A stretch of DNA of 64,000 bases from Octopus sinensis (taxonomy: Eukaryota), in NCBI RefSeq assembly GCF_006345805.1, contig NC_043008.1, forward strand, positions 14,260,001 through 14,324,000, read 5' to 3'. Positions 1 to 13,141 of this stretch are shown piece after piece. The first letter of the stretch is position 1. The number at the start of each line of letters is the position of its first letter. The translations under genes and the position numbers were made by a program. The notes beneath the pieces were generated by a model that was not told the origin of the DNA, made no database searches, and saw only the letters and a list, made by a program, of their open reading frames with translations.

Positions 1-387
1 ATACGTACATATACACGTACATAATTCTACAAGTTTATGACGTATTTCCATTTTTAAAAAATCAAATTCACTGCAAGTTTTCTCTCTAAAAGTTAAAAAG
101 ATTTAAAAAGATATCTGACCAGTGATGCCCCCTGCGGGATCCCAGACGTATTTCAAGTTCTTTAGACGAATCAATGGCAAATACCGAAGAGAAACAATTG
201 TAGATGACTTAATTAACTAAACCACAGTCGGCAACATTGACTGGACTGTACCATTAGACCTCCGGCAATCGGAAAAACATGTAAAATCTGTAAGAAAATT
301 AAAATTTATATTATATAGTGGCATTTTCAAACTTCTTTTTTGTAAATATGTATATACATATATAGATATATATGTATGTATGTATAT

Positions 388-421
<34 letters not shown>

Positions 422-505
422 ACTGTATATATACATACTATACATACAGTGCTTGGTCACTTAAAACGAACTTTTGCAGGCATGCTGGGGGAGAATGTTA
501 GTAGT

Positions 506-568
506 AATTTAGCTGATGAGAAATCAAGCACTTATTTGGGCGCTAAATTTCGAAACCGGTACCAGGTT
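506..568 (+). ncRNA. Degenerate type I hammerhead ribozyme motif with extended stem II
   Basis: CTGATGA at 513-519; stem II GAAAT...ATTTC; GAA; palindromic stem III ACCGGT (555-560); cleavage triplet GTA; imperfect stem I AATTTAG/CCAGGTT. Confidence 0.6.
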
Positions 569-1716
569 GACCAGCATTTACTTGTTCTGACCCATTTGAG
601 GTAAGACATTATTATTGCTCACTGATATTTTTCCTATCTTGTCTGTAATAGATTTGTGACTATTCAGTGTTACAGAAGTATTTTTGACTTCTATCATTAG
701 CGATATAGGTATTTATGTAGTACCCTTGTAGATATGTACATATCTAATATTGATTGTATATTTTTTCTTAAATTTGCCTGTACGGCTGATAATTCGATTA
801 CCACTTGTGATGGTATTTTAATAATACCATCCCTATAGATATATATATATATATACATGTATACATATATGCACCCTCATGCCCGCACTTACATGAATGT
901 GTACATATAATGACATCGTTGCCTGACTGCAAACATTCGACATATATCATACGTGACGCAGAAATTTGGCTCAGACCGCAAATCGTAGCCACACATCTTT
1001 CAAATTTAATAATACATATTATGCTATTTTTCTATAGCGAAAATCTGTTGAAGAATTTTATTCATTTCATACCACAAGAGTCACTAGCGTCAGTATACAA
1101 TGAATTCTAATTCACATCTAGCAAGAACTACTTGTAATGGCGATGTTATTATTGTCCTTCCTCTCTCAATGAAAGTTTTAGTTGCTGGCCTTTTAAATGG
1201 CTATTGATTAATTCCACCAGTTGACCAACTGACAAATCGTACAGCAATACGTTCAGAACTGGGAAATTATATCCTATATACCATTATCTTCAGTTCTGTG
1301 TCTTTTATATGACTCACACTCAATTGAAATGACATACTATGTTAACTCAAACATGAAGACGCATTTTTAAATGAGTCTCCCATTGAGAAAGTCATGTGTT
1401 TTACATTCGCTCTGATCTTTATTGCTGCATCTCCAATTTTTATTCATTTCCTGTTACTATAAAATACCAAAAAAAAAAGGAACATATATGTAAACATATA
1501 TAACGCAAACATACACACACACACATGCATATATACACACACTCAAATACTAATATGCACACATATGCGTGTGAATATACACGTACAACATCCATTGGTA
1601 TTTATGCATATTTATACACACGCATAATGTATGTGCACATATATTTCTCTCTCTCAGTGTCTCTCTCTCTAAACATATATATATATATACATAGACACAC
1701 ATACATATATATGTAC

Positions 1717-1761
<45 letters not shown>

Positions 1762-1919
1762 TATTCATAGTCATACATGCATATACATAGATATATGTGT
1801 ACGTGTGTTTGTGTGGCGGTGGAGAGTGGGGTGTATGCGTGTATGTATTATGGAACGTTGACCTAACCGTATTGATTTATGTCTGCGTGTAGTTATTATT
1901 TTTTCTCGCGCAAACCCTA

Positions 1920-1955
<36 letters not shown>

Positions 1956-3229
1956 TCTCTCGCTTCTCTCCTTCTCCCTCTCATACAGAAAAGCACATAT
2001 TTATAACATGTGCACATTTGTGTGTATAAATGCGTATATAAATATATCATCGCACGTGTTTTCTATTCAACAGGGACGGATATTATCACAAGTCCAATAA
2101 AATATATAATTGTCAAGTTTATACGGGATATATTTTGGTGTACACATACAGAGCCTTGATATTAATTTGATGTTCTTTCTTCCTTAAACTATATCATTGA
2201 ATATTCATCGTATATTTAATGTTCATATATTTTTCTATGTGTACAGGAATAAGTACATTCCTTTGTTCTAAATGCATGATGCCGTGCTTCAGGTGCAGTG
2301 TGCTATCCGTATGCATTTATTACAATAGGTTATTAAATATCAACAGCCAAGTCTACCTGGGTTTGTGTACATGTAAACGTGATAGTACCTCTGAATTCGT
2401 GAATAAAATATTGGTTAGAAATCCTGATTGAAATGTTTTGGTGTAGAAAGCTTCCTCTATTAAAACAGCATGGAGTTCATTCATAGATTTGTCTCTCATC
2501 AACTTCATTCAACAGAAACAGAAGATAAAGCCTGGCTTCGTATCTAACAGCAGTTAAGTTTACCTAGACTTTATACAGGTGTAAACCTGACTGCATTTGA
2601 GAATTCATCAATTAACTATTGGTAAGCAGACCTGTTGTAAAGCGGTCTATTGCCACTGTTATATCTGTCTGACAGATATTACTATAGTCCGACGTCGTCG
2701 ATAGAGTGCTTTTATCTGGCTCTGTACGACCCCCAATTTGTACGATGTTATTGTTCTCAAAAGTGTGGATCGTTATAACGTCCACTTAGCATCACAGTAT
2801 AATTACTATATCAGCACAGATACGACTATCAACACAATCTACACGTACTTTCGACCTTCCGACTTTCTGCTGTCGACCGGCTACTGGTGTATTTATAATG
2901 GCTGACTACTACCACTTTTTTACTGGGAGGAGTGTACAGTTTCACTATAGAAGAAGACCTGACTTATTTTGGAGCCAACATATATATCCGGGGGTAAAAA
3001 GGGATTGTGAAACAGGGAGAAACTAGTTATTTAATATTATGAAAAGTATCAAGTCATACATATCCAAACACATAATGCATCAACTGAATACGAAATTCGA
3101 AACAATACCTTAAGGTCTGAAAAATCAGTTGTAAATATTCCTTCTACGATGACAAATATCTTGTCCTACATAACAGTAATATCCTTACTTGGAAGAGTCT
3201 TTAATATGATGATGGTGATTATGCGTGTG

Positions 3230-3480
3230 AGTCTATAGGCGTGTTATTTACTGTTTAAGGTTTTGAGATCATGATCGTAAGATTGAGCTTTCGATTCCTG
3301 GATTGGATGGTTCATTGAGTTCTTGAGTAAGACACGTAATTTCCTCATTGCTCCATTCCCTCAGCTGGCGAGAATCTGTAGCCCCATGATAACCGGGAGA
3401 CCCGTCCAAAGTTTGAAACCGGGAAACCTTCATTCTGAGCCTATAGCGTCCGAGACACCTTTGACCAATTATGATATATA
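3230..3480 (+). mobile_element. Degenerate tRNA-derived SINE with CORE-like segment
   Basis: B-box-like TTTCGATTCC followed by GTTCTTGAGTAAGACAC...CTCAGCTGG, similar to the copies at 33150 and 40480. Confidence 0.45.
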
Positions 3481-3989
3481 CATGTGTGTGTGCGTGCGTG
3501 CGTGCGTGCTTCAAAACCGGTATTTGTTTGTTCACGTCCCCGTAGCTTAGCGTTTCGCTAAAATAAACCAATAGTATGGGCACCAGACTTTAAAACAACT
3601 ACTGGGATTGATTTATTTGTATGAACCGTCCAAAGTGGTGCCCCTACATCGCCGCACTCCAATGACTGATGCAAAGAAAATACAAAAAGATATTAAAATG
3701 ATTCTTTTTGTGACAGATGAGCGAGGAACGAAAATCTTCAGTCAATTTGGTTGATCCACACTCAGTGTTTGTCCAGACGAAAGACAGAAGGAAGAGCCGA
3801 ATTCTAATTTAATGGATTTTCGCTGACTTCTGTAGTTGTTATTTTGAGCCGATGTTTCTAGAAAAATCAATACTTTGGAAAAATTCAGTACAACGCTTAT
3901 TTAATACTTTCCGTGTAGTGGAATAGCATTTTCATTTAAAATTTCAGCAGAATTTGATTGGATTTAATAGCGTTATGAAATGTTTTTTT

Positions 3990-4161
3990 TTTTCGCAATA
4001 TTCTTATCATCCCCATCATCCTCATCATCATCAGCAGCAGTAGCAGCAGCATTATCATCATCAAAAGCATCATCGTCGTCATCATCATCATCATCATCAT
4101 GGTCATCATCATCTCAACCAGCATCGCCGAGTTTCCAATCATCCACATCAACGTCAATGTT

Positions 4162-4228
<67 letters not shown>

Positions 4229-4475
4229 TTAATGATAATAATAATATTAATAATAATAATAATAATTATTATTATTATTATTATTATTATTATTGTCATT
4301 ATTATTACTATTATAGTAATGATAATAATAGTAATAACAATAATAGTGGTAATAGTAACAACAAAAAAGAAAGCTAATAACGATAATAATTGTAATTATA
4401 ATAATGATCGTATCAATAAAAAAAACTAGCAATAAGAACTACCATATCAACAAAACCACGTTAATAATAATAATA

Positions 4476-4530
<55 letters not shown>

Positions 4531-4657
4531 TGTAATAATAATAATAACAACAACAACAATAATTATGATAATAACTACAACAACAAAACAGCAAAATCAA
4601 CAACAGCAACAACAGTAATAATAACAATAATAGTGGTGGTGATGTTGATGATGCTGG

Positions 4658-4712
<55 letters not shown>

Positions 4713-4985
4713 GATGGTGATGGTGATGAGCATGAGGATGATGAAGTGGAGGAGGATGTTGATGATGAAGACGATGACGAAGGTCACGACGAAGACGACA
4801 ACGGGGACAACGATGAGGATGATGAGGATGATGCTGATGATGACGATGATGGTGGTGGTTGTGGTGGTGGTGGTGACGGTGACGACAAAACTATTGTCAT
4901 CGCTACTATTAATAATAACGACGATATAAATAATGATGTCAGTAACAACAACAACAACAATAATAATTGCAATATTAAAAATGCA
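3990..4985. repeat. Compound trinucleotide microsatellite (CAT/AAT/TAT/GAT/GGT)
   Basis: Directly visible runs; source of the poly-I/N/S/M/D ORFs. Confidence 0.95.
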
Positions 4986-5447
4986 TCATCTAATGCAACA
5001 TGACTGACTACAGCTCCAATCATTTCGCTTGTAATAGCTTCCTTATCTACCAGAAAGCAATATTCAAAATAATGAATAAGAATAATGTCAGATACGTTTA
5101 TTGTTTTCTTGTTATTTCTTATATTTTAAATTATATTTATTCATCTACACTGTGTTTATTGTAGGCCTTCATTTATTATTAAGATTTTATTTATATTCTT
5201 TTTTTATTTTTATTTTATTTTAGCTATTGTTTCTTGAGCATAATTTTCTTCTGTTTTCTATTTAAAAAAAAAAATAATAATAATATCTTCGGTGATTTGC
5301 AGATTAGCCATTTTCGAAGTCTGAACGAATTTTCTGCTGTTGGTGTAGATAAATTGGGAATTTCAAGAAAGATATCACCGACAAATTGCAGCAGCATCAT
5401 CACATTATTCTCATACTCCGAGATGTCGCAGACATGTATATGGGTAC

Positions 5448-5494
<47 letters not shown>

Positions 5495-5685
5495 TGGGTA
5501 CATATTTAAATATATATATATATATAATAGGTTCATATATATATATATAATATATATATATATAAACATATATATATATATATGCATATATAAACATATA
5601 TATATATATATGCATATATAAACATATATATATATATATATATATATATGCATATATAAACATATATATATATATAGATATAGAT

Positions 5686-5732
<47 letters not shown>

Positions 5733-7342
5733 TTATATATATATATGAGTATACGTGATTCATTAACACTATCTGGAAACTCATAATCAATATGTTCCTA
5801 ATGGATGTATACATATTACGTAAAACCTATACACAGTATCGTATATATGTATAAATATGATTGTGTGATTGTATATGTATCAATGACTATAAAGATATAT
5901 ATACTTGTGTGTGTGAGTGTGTATGTGTGTCTGTGTGTGTGTGTGTGTATGTATTCATGTATGTGTATTTATGATTGTTATTTTCCGTATACTTCTCGAA
6001 AAATATTAACCTTCACTATTGCAGAACATTCCAGTGGTGAGATACATTTTGAAATGCATGTGGAAACTATTAATTCTTCTATTCTTCTGATGTTCTGATG
6101 ATAATAACTGTCTTTCCTGTGTCTAATAGCTTTGTATAAATCTCTTTAAATTCATCAAAGCATTCTTATTGACCAAACAACAATCTGAAGACGAACGAAA
6201 TAGCAACGGGTATTGGTAAGTAAATGATGGAGCCTGAATGTCAAGTAATTAAAATAGCAAAGGTTATTAGGCAATTAATGAGATATTGAGATATGATAGA
6301 AGTTAAAAGAAAGCTTCCCAATAATCATCTCTGACATGAAATGTCAATTATAGAAGATTTAGAATTTCGTTATTGACTCCATAGCAGCATTTCAATAGAA
6401 AGGGAGACTTTTGATCTGTTTCTTACAAAGGCTATATATTCCTTCACAACTCTACACACTTTTGGGAGAGAGGTGTAATCAATTAAATGGACGTCAGTTT
6501 TTAATTGGTATATATTTTATTCGCCTGTTGAAGATGAACTGCAAAGTCGACCTCGACAAGATTTCAAGTTGTTCTATCACCCCTTTTCAGCTGTGATTGA
6601 ACGCTTTTATAGTAAACAAGTAGTTTCAAGAACGATCAGACGTGACATACAGATCCATCTTTCCTGATACGTAATGTCCATATGCAGATGAGGAGCAAAT
6701 CAGAGTGCACTCTCCGAAAGGCTTGTTTGATTCGTACGTGGCACAGCGTGACACTATGGACATTTTATATTCCTTTCTGTGTCTAATCTACTCCTAAAGA
6801 TTCTAACGATAGTTTCGGTGGACGTAGACAATTAGATAGCTATTCGTAATGTTGTGCATCGCAGTACAGTGTTCGCAGTCATTAATCAACTTTCTAATGT
6901 TGCAGATATTTCTACTTATATGTGTTCCTTCCGCTTGTGATGGTTGGCTATAATAACGTTCTAGCATGATTAAGTAATGCTCTGTTTTAGAGTGCTGCAT
7001 ATGTGTGTGAATATTTCAATGCAGCTTTCCACAGTGTGAGAATATGTCTGAACTGTTGCAGCAACAAAATCTACACCTCAGATATTCAGATAGACTTTCA
7101 GTTTTGGCATTCTTGTTTCATTGCATAGGTACGACATGTTATAATACTAACAGAGCTGCTTTATGTAATTTGTACTGACAATAGTTGCGAAAAATTGGGG
7201 ATGCACAAAGTATTGGCATAGTCCATGATATATATAATGTTCTGTTTTCTTTTAAGAACATTACTTATTCAAGAATTATATAAAATAATGTATATGACTT
7301 GAGATGATTGTTATCCCTCGACGTTTGTTTCCACTTTCACAG

Positions 7343-7383
<41 letters not shown>

Positions 7384-7495
7384 ATGTGTGTAAATATACG
7401 TGTGTGTATGTGCGTTTTTGTATGTGTGTGTAGAGTATGGAGACGTATTCATCCATAAAATATATTTTCTCTCATTTAAAGATTTTATACAGTAT

Positions 7496-7916
7496 AGACG
7501 TAGGAGTGGCTTTGTGGTAAGTAACTTGCTTACCAACCACATGGTTCCGGGTCCAGTCCCACTGCGTGACAACTTAGGTAAGTGTCCACTATTATAGCCT
7601 CGGGTTGACCAAAGCCTTGTGAGTTGATTTGGTAGATGGAAACTGAAAGAAGCCCGTCGTATGTATGTATGTATATATATATTTATGTGTGTGTATATGT
7701 TTGTGTGTCTGTGTTTGTCCCCCCCACCCAACATCGGTTGACAACCGATGGTGGTGTGTTTACGTCCCCGTAACTTAGCGGTTCGGCAAAAGAAACCGAC
7801 AGAGTAATTACTAGGCTTACAAAGAATAAATCCTGGGGTCGATTTGCTCGATTAAAGGCGGTGCTTCAGCATGGCCACAGTCAAATTACTGAAACAAGTA
7901 AAAGAGTAAAAGAGTA
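7496..7916 (+). mobile_element. SINE-B, full length (tRNA head, internal TA/TG microsatellite, CR1-like tail)
   Basis: A-box-like TGGCTTTGTGG, B-box-like GGTCCAGTCCC, tail GGCGGTGCTTCAGCATGGCCACAG...GTAAAAGAGTAAAAGAGTA; more than 10 homologues in the window. Confidence 0.9.
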
Positions 7917-8798
7917 GTATTTTATTATTGCCTACACGTGTTTCCACTGCACACTGCACAGGCAACTGACACTTGCAGATGTACCCTGACACTATTATCA
8001 GTGCAGCTTCTTCAGGGGTATATACATTTCACCAGTCTCGAAGCCAACTGCGGAGTTAGTTTCTTTTTTTTTTTTTTAGTTAGCGTTCAAGGTAGAGATG
8101 TGGAGGAAGTTTTATTTTTGGAAGTGAAACCTGATCCGTTTCCAGGCTTCCTATAATTCTATGTATTTTCTAGTTAGCATACGAATGATTCTAAGCCTCT
8201 GTTATTGAAAACTTATGTAAACATTTACGTCATCTTCTTGATATTAGTATTTATAAAATGTTACTTGAAATCTCATACACCTTTCTTAATCAACTTCAAA
8301 TAATAGTAGCCGTTGTACGATGTATCCACCTCGTTATATCACTGATCACTGTGTAAATTATACGTATTACAAAACCGAATAGACACCTTGTTTACTGACG
8401 ATTAATCTCATTAGCTAATCCACCAGATATGACAGGAAAAATAAAGTCGCTCATTTATTTTCTTTTGCTTGTGTGAAATAAATAAGAGACGTAAATTAGT
8501 TAAGTAAAAAGTAAAAAGTAAAATATTTCAAAGAATTAAAATAAATGTAATTATGTAAAGAAGGATGTCTAAGAATTATTTTGTTTAATGAGAAACTAAT
8601 GAAGACAGATATTTAATGTCATTTATATGTATATTTTGGCTTTTTTTTTCCTATCTTTTACTTATTTCAGTCATTAGTCTGCGACCATGCAGAAGAAATC
8701 AACTTCAGTACTAATTTTTTAAACCCAGCTACTTATTTTATTCGTCTCTTCTTTAGGAAGATGGCAGAAAAAGCGAAGCGGTACACACCACCATATAT

Positions 8799-8838
<40 letters not shown>

Positions 8839-8840
<2 letters not shown>

Positions 8841-9104
8841 GTTATATAATTAGGGTTCAGTAAAATAATTTACTTTACCACATACCAAACTTTTAGAAAT
8901 AGCAGCCAAAAATCTTAGCTATTCTTCTATTCTAAGAAAAGACTCCCAGACAATGTATACTCAAAAATAATTATTTTTGAGTATACATTGTCTGGGAGTC
9001 TTTTCTTATAGTAGAAGAAATAGCTAAGATTTTTGGGCTGCTATATCTAAAAGTTTGGTATGTGGTAAAGTAAATTATTTTACTGAACCCTAATTATATA
9101 ACGT
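8839..9104. repeat. Near-perfect 266 bp palindrome (foldback) next to (TA)n
   Basis: Arms ACGTTATATAATTAGGG...CAAAAATAA / TTATTTTTG...CCCTAATTATATAACGT; no loop; a few mismatches. Confidence 0.95.
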
Positions 9105-9221
9105 AATGTTTTAAATATACCGTAAATGGTCTTTTTACATACTGAACACTACTTGGTAAAATTAATTAATAATTAATTAATTTTACACTTTTATTATTGA
9201 TTATATATATATATATATATA

Positions 9222-9405
9222 GGGAGAATTCACGAACAAAATGACAAAAGACGAAGACAGGTGGTGTATAAAACAAACGCTCAGGAATAGAAAAAGTCTA
9301 TTTACGTTTCGAGCCTAGGCTCTTCTACAGAAAGGAACACAGAGAAAAAGAAGGAGACAAACAAGGAGAGAAAAAATGTGTGTAGTGGCTACCGATCTAT
9401 CATAT
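9222..9405 (-). mobile_element. PLE-I short terminal unit with atypical HHR (core CTGTAGA)
   Basis: Homologous to the 3' end of the PLE at 41488-41690; HHR at about 9297-9335; abuts (TA)n. Confidence 0.8.
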
Positions 9406-9431
9406 ATATATATTCAAATATAACATATGTA

Positions 9432-10427
9432 TCGGTTGTCCGGAAAGTTCGTGCCGATTTATAGTAGCTTTTCGACTAATTTTAGAACATAGGATTTGAC
9501 TCAACCTCCATTTAGAGCACAGTTTAAGCTATCTTTTCGTGGAAGAAGGTTTATGTTCCTATAATCTGTGTTGATTCTGTAACCCTTTAAAATGGAAGAT
9601 AAGAAAGTTCATTTTAGGCACTTGAAGCTTTTCTTTTTCCGTAAAGGAAAAAAGGAAAAAATGCCTCACAAGCAACCAAAGAAATATGCGCAGTTTACGG
9701 TGATGTTTCTTTACCCGAAAGAACTGTACGGAAGTGGTTCTCAAGGTTCCGAGCTGGAGATTGTAGCCTTATTGATAAAGAACGATAAGGTAGACCGTCC
9801 ACTACAGATGATGACCAAATCAAGTCATTAATTGAGAATAACCCACATTGTACAACCCGAGAATTGGCAGAAAGCCTCAACCTATCAAAATCCGTCGTCA
9901 TGAGCACCTGGTATGCTTGGGTACACAAATCGCTCCGATGTTTGGGTACCATAGGAGTTGAGTGAGAAGAACCTTTTGGATCCCATTTCCATCTGTGATT
10001 CGCTTTATAAACGGAATGAAAACGCGCCTTTTTTAAAGCAAATTGTACCAGGTGATGAGAAATGGATTATCTACCGAAATGTTCAGAGAAAGCGATCCTG
10101 GAGTAAGCGACATGAGCCATCCTTAGCCACCCCAAAATCCGGACTTCACCCTGAAAAAGTCTTGCTTTGTGTATGGTGGGATTGGAAAGGAATTCTGTAC
10201 GATGAGCTTCTCCCAAATAACCAGACAATTAATTCTGAGCAAAACTGCACACAACTGGACGAGTTAAAAGCAACAATTCAACAGGAACGTCCAGAATTGG
10301 CCAACAGGAAGGGTGTTGTATTCCAACATGATAATGCAAGACCTCACGTTTCTTTGGGAACCAGACAAAAAATGCTGAAGCTCGGCTGGGATGTGTTACC
10401 CCACCCTCAATATTCACCAGATATTGT
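9432..10427 (+). mobile_element. Mariner (DD34D-type) transposon, 3'-truncated, transposase pseudogene
   Basis: TA then left-end TCGGTTGTCCGGAAAGTTCGTGCCGATTT; ATG at 9592 (MEDKKVHFRHL); HTH TVRKWFSRFRAGD; WVP*EL; GDEKW; HDNARPH; HPQYSPDI; frameshifts and stops; third catalytic D and right TIR absent. Confidence 0.92.
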
Positions 10428-10462
10428 GCGGAATTCTATAGATTATGTAAACATTTTGCAGT

Positions 10463-10855
10463 AGGACGCAGACATGGATGTATGGTAACAAGATTGCTTC
10501 CCAACCACATGGTTCCGGGTTCAGTCCAACTACAAGTCTCGTACTGACCAAAGTCTTGGGAGTAGATTTGATAGACGCAAACTGAAAGAAACTTGTCTCA
10601 CATGTGTGTATGTCTGTGTGTCTGTATATACCTCTTGGTGTCTGTCTTTATCCCCGCCACTGCTTCACAACCGATGTTGATGTGTTTACGTCACCGTAAG
10701 GTAACGTTTTGGCAAAAAAATACTAATAAAATAAGCACCAGGATTTTTTTAATATTAAGTCCTAGCATCAAATGTTTTGGATTAAGATTTTTCAAGGCGG
10801 TGCCCCAGAATGGCCGCAGTCTGATGACTAAAACAAGTAAAAGATTAAAAAATAG
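10463..10855 (+). mobile_element. SINE-B, diverged
   Basis: CCAACCACATGGTTCCGGGTTCAGTCC head and GGCGGTGCCCCAGAATGGCCGCAG tail. Confidence 0.8.
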
Positions 10856-10869
10856 TGTCTTTCTACCTG

Positions 10870-11750
10870 ATTTTGTTTTGTATGGCATGCTATAATGTAT
10901 AGCAATGGCTCCTTGAAGTTTGCGGCTTTCTGTTTTACAGTCAAAATTTATAGATTACAATGGTCATTAGTAGCTTATTTGTGGATTCATATATTCACAT
11001 GCATGTGGTCATTTATTGATAAAGACGTTTTATTTTTTTTCACTTCTTGGCTTCGTTATTTTTGTCGTATATTATTTGTCTGAGATTGTGGTCGATTCGA
11101 TACATTTTGTATTCCGTTTTATGGGGATTTTGATTATGGGTTCATCTTTTCGTTATTTTCCATGCATTTGATCTGTATAAGATTTTATGTGCAGTTTTAT
11201 CAATGTGTATGTATTGGTGTATTCTGCGATGTATTTTGTTACATTTGCGTCTGGATTTTTTATAGCTTGATCTACGAGGCTGTTAGAATATCTGCTGTTA
11301 ATTAACGCTTATTTTATTCTATGTATTTCTTTCTTTGCTGAACCATTTGTGGACAAGAATATAAACGCTCGTCTGAGGAGTGACTTTTACCACTGGCATC
11401 TTGTAGTTGTTTCGACATTCACGGTTTCCGTGAAAGTATATACATTTATCTGATCATTTGGTATATATTATCATAATGTATCTGTTTTAAATTACATGTT
11501 TGTCTAAAACGGAGATTTCATTTGTATTCTGGGTGATTAACTTTAGTAAGGAGTTTATTTCTTTCTCAAGTTTCTCAACTACCTTTAATGTGCCCATGAC
11601 AAACTGTATATTCTCTTAGTATTTGGTGTAAATTTTGTGTTTATGTATTGGCATTATTGCTTTCTTCATTGTGGGTAAGTTGAATGCCACAAACGTATAT
11701 CTGTGTTACGCTACATCCTGACTATATTTGACCAACCCAAACAATTCATG
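10870..11750 (-). pseudogene. Decayed Penelope/Poseidon-type PLE fragment (RT thumb to start of GIY-YIG)
   Basis: Manual minus-strand translation across frameshifts: KSLLRRAFIFLSTN..KKEIHRIK*ALINSRYSNSLVDQAIKK; YTDQMHGK*RKDEPII..IKRNTKCIE; IVIYKF, matching my recollection of PLE thumb, linker and endonuclease start. Confidence 0.6.
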
Positions 11751-12176
11751 TATATATATAGATATATATATATATATATATATATATACGAGCAAAACGC
11801 CCTCCGTCCAATGTACGTTGCTGAGCTGTCAAACATTTAAACCATATTTTCTCAAAACAACTTGTCCGACCGTCCCCTAAACCTCCCATTTGAGAAACAC
11901 TGATTTAACCTAGATTTGAGACACCAGCAAAAGAAGAAATAAAGATAGACTGTTTTTCTATTCCAAAGAAAAACGATTTCCCACGGCTTTATTGATCTCC
12001 TTCTCACCTGGAATCGACTTTTGTAATTTTTTCAAGACTTATACACGCCCTGATACCGTCGGTATTTACATATCAAATTTGAGCGCAAACGGATGGAGGC
12101 TACCCGAGATCCTAGAAACCACAAACACAGACTGAACGGAGATTATATAATATATATATATGTGTGTGTGTGTGTG

Positions 12177-12242
<66 letters not shown>

Positions 12243-12903
12243 GTGTGTACAAGGATACTAGATAGGGTATCCAGCCATAAAATACTGCTAACTTTGGCCC
12301 TTGGAACTTATACATATGTTTATGGATGAGAGTAAGGGCGGTGGGACATAGAATTCTATAGTTCAAGACGCGAAAAAGATTATTCACCTAACATTACAAT
12401 ACTCCATTGGTCTCTTGTTACGTGATTGCTCTTGTTATTGAATCATAAAAGTGAGGTCACGCATTATATGAGATTTGTTAACCCATCTATACAAATCTAT
12501 ACAAGTTACTTGACCGAGCGAAGATATCTACTTGTTGCCCATATACTTCAATGATTCAGACCCGGCTATGTTTATTTACAATCAGTACAATTCTCATTTT
12601 CTGAACTTTCCAACCTTTAAATACTTGTATTTTCCTCAAAAACCTTTCAAAAATACAGTTTCCTGCTCGTGTGTACGTGCGTGTGTGTGTGTGAGTGCGC
12701 TTGTTTTTGTTCTTTTTTTTGTTTTTTTAGGCAATATCGAAAAATTAAAGAAACTTTCCAAACTGCATTGAATACGCTTTCCGAAAGTCCGTCCATAATG
12801 GCTCCAATATATATCTTATCGAAAACAAGATTACTTATATGTGAATGTGTTGGCGCTCGTGTATACATGTATACTTATATATATACATACATATACCTAG
12901 GTA

Positions 12904-12956
<53 letters not shown>

Positions 12957-13074
12957 TATATATACATACATAGGTATATGTATGTATATATATAAGTATA
13001 CATGTACACACGAACGCAAACACACATATATATATGTGTGTGTACATGTGTGTGTGTGAGTATGTGTGTGTGTG

Positions 13075-13141
<67 letters not shown>

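Noticed and set aside
481-600. Plus-strand exon-like segment (TTTTGCAG ... GAG/GTAAGA)
   Set aside because: It contains a hammerhead-like repeat remnant; no recognisable peptide
11787-12150. Possible second Helitron-like element on the minus strand
   Set aside because: End reads CTCG not CTAG, hairpin is weak and the 5' TC is unclear
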